From: Anaeramoeba ignava BMAN
Lineage: Eukaryota > Protista > Anaeramoebae
DNA length: 64,000 nucleotides
NCBI GenBank assembly: GCA_028826165.1
Contig: JAPDFW010000088.1
Location: 62,001-126,000 of the forward strand
Direction of reading: 5' to 3'
Under the pieces are notes generated by a model. It worked only from the letters and a program-made list of their open reading frames with translations, had not been told where the DNA came from and searched no databases. A program made the translations under genes and the position numbers. Below, in pieces: positions 55,690 through 64,000 of this stretch. Numbering within the stretch: position 1 is the stretch's first letter; every line of letters begins with the position of its first letter.

Positions 55690-57110
55690 TTCTTAAAACT
55701 TATTAATAAAAAATTGAAATTAAATTTTAATAATAATCTATATAAATTTTAATTAATATTAAACTTATAAAATTAAATAAAATATGAAATAGAAATAATA
55801 ATTAAATTAAATATTAATTTAAAATAAATTTAAAAATTAATATAAAATTAATAAAAAATTGAAATTAAATTTTAATAATAATTTAAATCAATTTTAATTA
55901 ATATTAAACTTATAAAATTAAATAAAATATGAAATAGAAATAATAATTAAATTAAATATTAATTTAAAATAAATTTAAAAATTAATATAAAATTAATAAA
56001 AATTGAAATTAAATTTTAATACGAATTTAAATCAATTTTAATTAATATTAAAGTTATAAAATTAAATAAAAAATATGAAATATAAATAATAATTAAATTA
56101 AATATTAATTTAAAACAAATCTAAAAATTAATATAAAATTAATAAAAATTGAAATTAAATTTTAATAAGAATTTAAATCAATTTTAATTAATATTAAACT
56201 TATAAAATTAAATAAAATATGAAATAGAAATAATAATTAAATTAAATATTAATTTAAAATAAATTTAAAAATTAATATAAAATTAATAAAAATTTAAATT
56301 AAATTTTAATAATAATTTAAATCAATTTTAATTAATATTAAACTTATAAAATTAAATAAAATATGAAATATAAATAATAATTAAATTAAATATTAATTTA
56401 AAATTAATCTAAAAATTAATATAAAACTAATAAAAATTTAAATTAAATTTTAATAATAATTTAAATCAATTTTAATTAATATTAAATTTATAAAATTATA
56501 TAAAATATAAAATATAAATAATAATTAAATTAAATATTAATTTAAAAATAAATTTAAATATTAATATAAAATTCAATAAAAAATTGAAATTAAATTTTAA
56601 TAATAATTTAAATCAATTTTAATTAATATTAAACTTATAAAATTAAATAAAATATGAAGTATAAATAATAATTAAATTAAATATTAATTTAAAATAAATT
56701 TAAAAATTAATATAAAATTAATAAAAATTGAAATTAAATTTTAATAAGAATTTAGATAAATTTTAATTAATATTAAATTTATAAAATTATATAAAATATG
56801 AAATATAAATAATAATTAAATTAAATATTAATTTAAAACAAATCTAAAAATTAATATAAAATTAATAAAAAATTGAAATTAAATTTTAATAATAATTTAA
56901 ATCAATTTTAATTAATATTAAACTTATAAAATTAAATAAAATATAAAATATAAATAATAATTAAATTAAATATTAATTTAAAATAAATCTAAAAATTAAT
57001 ATAAAATTAATAAAAAATTGAAATTAAATTTTAATAATAATTTAAATCAATTTTAATTAATATTAAATTTATAAAATTAAATAAAATATGAAATATAAAT
57101 AATAATTAAA
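55690..57110. repeat. Intergenic AT-rich minisatellite, period ~145 bp, ~10 copies, between divergent PSMA5 and NOT1
   Basis: The marker GAAATTAAATTTTAATA recurs at ~55716, 55861, 56005, 56151, 56586, 56730, 56876 and 57020. Confidence 0.88.
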
Positions 57111-57379
57111 TATTTTTTTTGGGTTTTTTTATTTAAAAAAGAAGAAGATCTTTTTTTTCTTTCATTTTTTTAATTTTTTGATTTTTTTGGTTTGTTTAAA
57201 AAAATTTTTTTTTTTTTTTGAAATTAAAAATCATTTTTCATTTTTCTTTGTTTTTTTTTTTGGTTATTGAAATTAAAATCCAACAAAACAAAACAAAACA
57301 AAACAAACTTTATAAAAAAATTTGATAAAAAAATTTGATAAAAAAATTTGATAAAGAAAAATAATCTAAAATAAAATTA

Positions 57380-57936
57380 ATGATCAAAACAAAATTTATT
57401 CAAAAACAAATTTTTCTAAATTGTAAAAATCTAAACAAGAAAAGCTATAGAATTATTTCTCAAGAAAATGATCACGTAAAAAATCTAAAAAATTAAAATT
57501 AAAAAAATTAAAATTAAAATCTAAAAAATTAAAAAAATAGTTGATTGAATTATATGGAAAATTAGCACAAAAAGAACTATTTAAATCTTTAATTTTCCAC
57601 ATTTTCAGTGAAAATCCACAAATAAATGAAGAAACTGAACTTTCTTCTTCAATTTATTTACAATTAAAAATGCTAAAAGAAAGAATAAATTCCTTAATTC
57701 AAACACATAATAATTACGAAATTTTATTTGAAGCATTTGAATCACTTACAAATGAAAACCTTTTAGTATCAAAAACAATAGTTCAAAAATTTCGAGGATT
57801 ATCCAAATTAAATCAAATACAGGAAATTCTTTTTTTTCTTGCAATGAATTCTTCTCCAAATTCTTCATTCCAAAATTTTGGTAAAAAAAAAATTTTTTTT
57901 TTTTGGATTAATTTTAGATCTTTTTTTTAATTCACA

Positions 57937-57967
<31 letters not shown>

Positions 57968-60900
57968 TTAGCTTTGCAATATTTTCAAACGGAATTCTCT
58001 ACTCAATCTAAAAATATACCAGATCTTGATGAAAAATTAATCTATTATTTAGTCATTTTTTTGAAACAAAATAATTTTGATGAACAACAACATCCACTTT
58101 TTAAAAATTATCTAGCAAAAAAATCACAACAAACAAATTTTCCTTATGAAATTATGCCTTTAATAAATGAAGAAGCAAATTTTACTGAAAAGTAAAATTA
58201 AAATTAAAATTAAAATTAAAATTAAAATAAAAATTGAAATTGAAATTAAAATTGAAATTAAAATTAAAATTAAAATTAAAATTAAAATTAAAATTAAAAT
58301 TAAAATTAAAATTAAAATTTAAATTAAAATTAAAATTAAAATTAAAATTAAAATTAAAATTTAAATTAAAAATTAAAATTATAATTATAATTAAAATTAA
58401 AATTAAAATTAAAATCAAAATTAAAATTAAAATTAAAATTAAAATTAAAATTAAAATTGAAATTAAAATTAAAATTAAAATTAAAATTAAAATTAAAATT
58501 AAAATTATAACTTGGAATTTTTAGTTCAAATAATGTCGATATTTCAACAAATTTGAACACACTTTTTGAAGAAATTTTAACTCTATCTTCTTTAATAAAC
58601 GGAATTGATGTCGAAATTATTGCAAATAAACAAGAATTTATGGGACTACTTTCTCAATTATCGCCGATAAATGCGCAAGAAATGGCAAAAGCGATTACAG
58701 AATTTGCAAATAAATTAGCAACAAAAACAGAAAAACAAGAAGGAAACGGATTCAAGAAAAAATCCAAGCAAGAATCACAAGATTTTAAAGCATCTGTTAT
58801 TGGGATTTTTGCAGACACAATCAAGGAAAAATACCCAGAAATAAAATGGAGCGAAGTGATGAAGAAACTTGACTATTCAACATTTAGAATGGAGAATTAT
58901 CAATCATTTATGGTTTTAATGGAAGTTTTCAAAAGAGCAACTTCGCGTCAATTTTCAAGCAATTTTCTGTTGTCCAAATGGGTATTTTCCAACGCCCAAT
59001 TGTCTTTCTTATCACAAGCATGCAAAGCGCCTGTGGAATTGATAAATTTCGCTGCGCCATCCAAGCAAACAAACCCGCATTCTTCGCCAATGCGCAAATC
59101 GCCTGATGTACAGCATCAAGCGTGGGGATCAATCCCGTTTCTTGAGCTTTTATTCGATCTAAGCGAGCACAATTTCGCTGCAGTTCTCGATATTTTCTCT
59201 TCGGGAATTGAAGAGGCGCCCGAAATGCTTATTGAGAATCTGTGGCAGATCTCTCCTAAAACATCATATGCAGAAATCATGAGTAAAAATGTTGAGGAGC
59301 AGATCATCACAGAACTATTGGATGCACATCCCGAATCCAACTTGATTCTCCAAAACGCATGGAATCGCGATGCCGAATCAGTTATTCAGGGGATGATCAA
59401 ATTCTGGATTCTTCAGCCATCTTCCCTTTCAAAGGTTCTTGATGTCGCCTTGGATCTAAAAGGATTGCTTAAGATTCTTGACAGCCCGAACCTCCACTTT
59501 GTTTTTGAACTGGCAACACTTACTTCTCGTCGGGAATGCCTGAATCTCGAAAAATGGCTTAACGAGAAAATATCCAATTTTGGATCAAGTTTTTATTATT
59601 TTTGTCTGGATTTTCTTGTCAAAAAACTGCATTATGCACGACTTGAAGAAGACCACAAAGCAAAAATCCGACCCGGAATTCTTCTTTCGGTTGAAATTTA
59701 CACAATTTTCTTCAAGTGTCTTTTTAAATTCGCAAATTCGCAGTCCGAAGAATACGAGCAAAAAATGCGCGGCTTATTTAACGAAGCGCTACAACTTTAT
59801 CCACAACTTTACGGCTACAATCTGGATCTGTTCGTTTCCCAGCAGTTTCCCAAGCAAGTGGAAGACAAAGCCAACTACATTTTCTCGCAGATTTTCAAGC
59901 AGATCATCCCGATTGAAAATTCATGGGTGTTTTTCACAAATTTAAAGAACTCTCGCGACACCGACGACATGCAAACATTCGAATGCATTGTCTACAATCT
60001 TCTCGTCGAGTACCGCTATTTTGATCAGTATCCTGACCCGGAATTCGGGATTGTTGCCGAGCTTTATGCCATTCTCTTGAAACATGATCTTCTTGACGAT
60101 ATTCAATTATTCCAATTCCTCAAAAATGTGGTTGTTTCCCTGAACCACACGATCGACACCAAAATATTCCTTTTCGGAGTAAATGTTCTCCGCAATTCCT
60201 GGGAAAAGCTCACCGATTGGATCAATCTCGGCTTCTTCATCTCTCAAAACCCAAATCTGCGGCAATATAACTCGCAATTTGCGCAAGTCATCGAGCAATA
60301 TCTGACAAAATATCGCGACGAAGAGGCAGAGAATAAAAACCAGACCTTTTCGGTTACCTCACCAAAGGTAACACAAGAAGGACAGACAGAATTTCATCGC
60401 GTTAACGGGCCTTCTATCCCGACAATTGCGCAAGAATCGCCGCAAATTTTTCCGAATCCGCCGATTCTTGTTTCGTCTCCACAAGTTCCGAATATCGAAT
60501 CACAAACACAACCTATGCAACAGCAGCAAATCATCGCGAATGGATCTCCAGTCAAATTTGCGAATCCTTCTGAGAACCAGGCGAGAATATACGCCCAACA
60601 AAACACAGAAAACGAGAATTTCCCGAAACCGCAAAGTTTCTTTCCTTCACAAAATGCACAAAAAACTATTTTATTCAATGAAAACTTGCCAATTCCAGTT
60701 AAACCTGAGGAAAGAATCTTCTTTATTTTCAATGTGATTGATCACAACAGCGTGGAGAGCTACTGCAAGGAGCTCAAGAAGCTTATTTACCCGCAGCTCG
60801 TGGAATGGACTGTTGAAAATATATTTATTCGTCGTGCATCTCATCAGCCCAACAACCACGATCTTCTGCTGCGAATCCTTGCGGAAATTGATCTGAAGGA

Positions 60901-63900
60901 TCTCGACAATTATCTTCTCTCCTCGGTCTACATCCACATTAGCAAGCTTCTTGAGATCCGCAAGCAGCAACAGCGCGCGATTGAGTTTTCGCTCAAAATT
61001 CTCCACAATCTCGGCAAATTTCTCGCCAAATTGACCCTCGCAAAAAACAAGCCTATCTTGCAGAAATATTTAAATATCAAGTTTATTCTTCTTGAATCTC
61101 TCGGCACAGGTGATTTTGAAGCGATTGTGCCTTTTATAACAAATCTTCTTTCTGAAATTAAGAGCACAAAAGTGTTCCATGCAAAAAACCCGTGGGTTCT
61201 TGGGCTTTTCCATGTTTTAATACGGATTTGGTCTATTCCTCAAATACCTAGCAATATCCAATTTGATATTGAAGGGCTTTTCAAAAATCTTTCTATTGAT
61301 ATGAATGAGATTTTGAAAACAAGTTTGCTATTCTAATATTTAATTTTAATTTTAATATTAATTCTAATATTTAATTTTAATATTTAATATTTAATATTTA
61401 ATATTTAATTTTTATATATTTAATTCTAATATTTAATTTTAATATTTAATATTTAATATTTAATATTTAATTTTAATTTTAATTTTAATATTTAATTCTA
61501 ATATTTAATTTTAATATTTAATATTTAATTTTAATATTTTAATATTTAATATTTAATTTTAATATTTAATTTTAATATTTAATATTTAATTTTAATATTT
61601 AATATTTAATATTTAATTTTAAATATTAATATTTAATTTTAATATTTAATTTTAATATTTAATATTTAATTTTTAATTTTTAATTTTAATATTTAATTTT
61701 AATATTTTAATATTTAATATTTAATATTTAATTTTTAATATTTAATTCTAATATTTAATTCTAATATTTAATATTTAATATTTAATTTTAATATTTAATT
61801 TTTAATATTTAATTTTAATATTTAATATTTAATTTTAATATTTAATTTTAATATTTAATTTTTAATATTTAATATTTAATTTTTAATATTTAATATTTAA
61901 TATTTAATATTTAATTTTAATTTAATATTTAATTTTAATATTTAATATTTAATATTTAATATTTAATATTTAATTTTAATATTTAATATTTAATATTTAA
62001 TATTTAATATTTAATTCTAATATTTAATTTTTAATATTTAATATTTAATTTTAATATTTAATATTTAATATTTAATATTTAATATTTAACTCTAATATTT
62101 AATATTTTAATATTTAATTTTAATATTTAATTCTAATATTTAATTCTAATATTTAATTCTAATATTTAATTCTAATATTTAATTTTAATATTTAATTTTT
62201 AATATTTAATTTTTAATATTTAATTCTAATATTTAATATTTAATATTTAATTTTAATATTTAATATTTAATATTTAATTTTAATATTTAATATTTAATAT
62301 TTAATTTTTAATTTTAATATTTAATTTTAATATTTAATATTTAATATTTAATATTTAATTTTAATATTTAATTTTAATATTTAATTTTAATATTTAATTT
62401 TAATATTTTAATATTTAATATTTAATATTTAATTTTAATATTTAATTTTAATATTTAATTTTAATATTTAATTTTAATATTTAATTTTAATATTTAATTC
62501 TAATATTTAATTCTAATATTTAATTCTAATATTTAAAAGTAATAAGAAAAAGTCAATACATCCACCAGAACCAAATCATCCAAATTTCAAATAATTTGCG
62601 CATCGATAACCAGATTGATATTTTCCACGAAAACCCCAAACTAAAGGATGATGTGATTAATTTATTTTTGGACGTGATCGAAGACATCATTTCCAATTTC
62701 ATTGAAAACATGTCGGAAAGCATCTGCATGACAACAAAACAGATCATTGCGAAGGATTTCGCAAACGAATCAAACTGGATCAAAATGAAGGAATCCTCCG
62801 AAGTCATGGCATCAAGTCTTGCGCGCAATTTGGCAATGGTGCACGGAAAACAAGTGATTGAGCAGGAATTGATGCAAAAATTGCGCTATCTTCTTGAGGA
62901 CGTGGTTGCAGACACAAGCTACCTTCAAGGCATAATTGCCGTTATATATGAAAACAACATAGATTTTGTGTTTAATTTTATTATCCAAATCTCTGTGCAG
63001 CAAACCCTCGAGAAATTGAACGAGGAGCTGACAGAAGAATTCCAGATTCGCGAAGAATACCAAAAACAGGGCAAACCATTTGCAAACACAGACAACTCGC
63101 CCTATTCGCGAAATTTGATTGAGGAGCTTTATCCCGAAAACGGGCTGATGAACTTCCATTTTGAAATATACCAGAGTTTCAGAGAAAATCTGGTCAATCC
63201 AAAAGCAGAAAAAATGCAGTATTCCACAAACAGAATCGGCGACGCCATCAACGATTTCCACCAGAAAACCCTCTCTTTCAAGGACTTTTTCCTTGAAACG
63301 CAGAAATGGGTGCAAATCCTCGCGATTCTTCTTGACAAATACAGCCAAAACGATTCCTCGCTCAATCCGAACCAAATCTCAATGGAAATCAAATCCCAGA
63401 TCGCAAATTTGGAGCGTCTAATCCTCAGCTGCACTTCATATGAAAACGCCGCGCTTATTGCCGCGCAATTGGTCTGCAAACAGTTTTTCCAGCAATATCC
63501 CATTTTCGAGACAACATCCAAAAAAACAGAAATTTCAAGACAAAGTTTCGGGTACCAAATATACCTCAATCTCATGGAGCACATCCACATCATATTGCAG
63601 AACATCAAGCTCAATTCCCAGCCCAAAACTCTGCTTGTTGCGGACACAGTGCAAACCGCATTGACAAACCAGCTTTTGGCGCGATTGCAAAAATCACCGC
63701 CATTCGACTTCAAAATGATCTCGATTTTCATGGAAAAGGACTTGATCGACTACTCGATCCTGGATGAACTGTTCGAGACCTTCTTCTCCGACTTGGCCAA
63801 CACCGCAGCGCTCGATTTCTTCTTCCTGATGATGCAAAAATTCCAAACGGAAGGCGAGCAGAAGAAAATCAACGCGTTCCAAAAATCCGTTTTCAAACTC

Positions 63901-64000
63901 GAACACAATTTGCAACAGGCGCAAAGCAACGGAAAGCAGAACAAGACTGCCTTTCTTGGTTCAAAGCTGGAAGAGCTTGTGGCATACGCGTTTTCCGTGT
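57380..64000 (+). CDS. CNOT1: CCR4-NOT subunit 1 (5' part; runs off window); exons 57380-57475, 57541-57880, 57972-58191, 58525-61322, 62540->64000
   Basis: NLNKKSY..|LIELYG; SRRECLNLEKWL; VEDKANYIF..EYRYFDQYPD; ERIFFIFN..QPNNH..NLGKFLAKLTLAKNKPI..NPWV; DUF3819-like IIAKDFANE..MASSLARNLAMV. Confidence 0.9.
61335..62535. repeat. Intronic (TTTAATA)/(TTTTAA) microsatellite
   Basis: Read directly in NOT1 intron 61323-62539. Confidence 0.9.

Noticed and set aside
58929-63944. Many overlapping and antisense ORFs within NOT1
   Set aside because: They are by-products of higher GC in a conserved sense frame and have no recognisable motifs.

Overview
This is a very AT-rich, intron-containing eukaryotic (protist) nuclear contig. 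The QN/EN hexamer repeats, ScaA-like gene and TTTCATTT initiator-like motifs suggest an anaerobic metamonad or amoeba such as Anaeramoeba, but the sequence alone cannot confirm this. I spliced GT-AG introns by hand, and the standard code works throughout. The 17 host genes, in order, are seipin (+), a CS-domain/Sel1-repeat tail-anchored protein (-), a PRAS40/Lobe-like protein (-), a DUF229 alkaline-phosphatase-fold membrane protein (-), a ScaA-like scaffold (-), a CK1/TTBK-like kinase (-; internally duplicated and garbled), RRP46 (+), THOC7 (-), HIRIP3-like (+), lipin (+), LKB1 (-), BRSK/SAD kinase (-), 4E-BP (+; missing from the ORF track), a two-domain adenosine deaminase (+), TMEM258 (-), proteasome alpha5 (-) and NOT1 (+; runs off the end). 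Mobile DNA comprises a pogo/Fot1 DD35D transposon with 44-bp TIRs inside a PSMA5 intron, a tandemly duplicated degenerate Crypton-like (DUF3504) element and a probable LINE remnant. Long introns are each filled by their own A/T microsatellite, and two intergenic arrays have nucleosome-sized periods (~151 and ~145 bp). The most notable observations are an unusual concentration of TOR/LKB1 nutrient-signalling genes, an Inr-like promoter motif, frequent AAG acceptors, and an A-rich to T-rich skew flip across coding exons. Family assignments come from motif recognition, not database searches.
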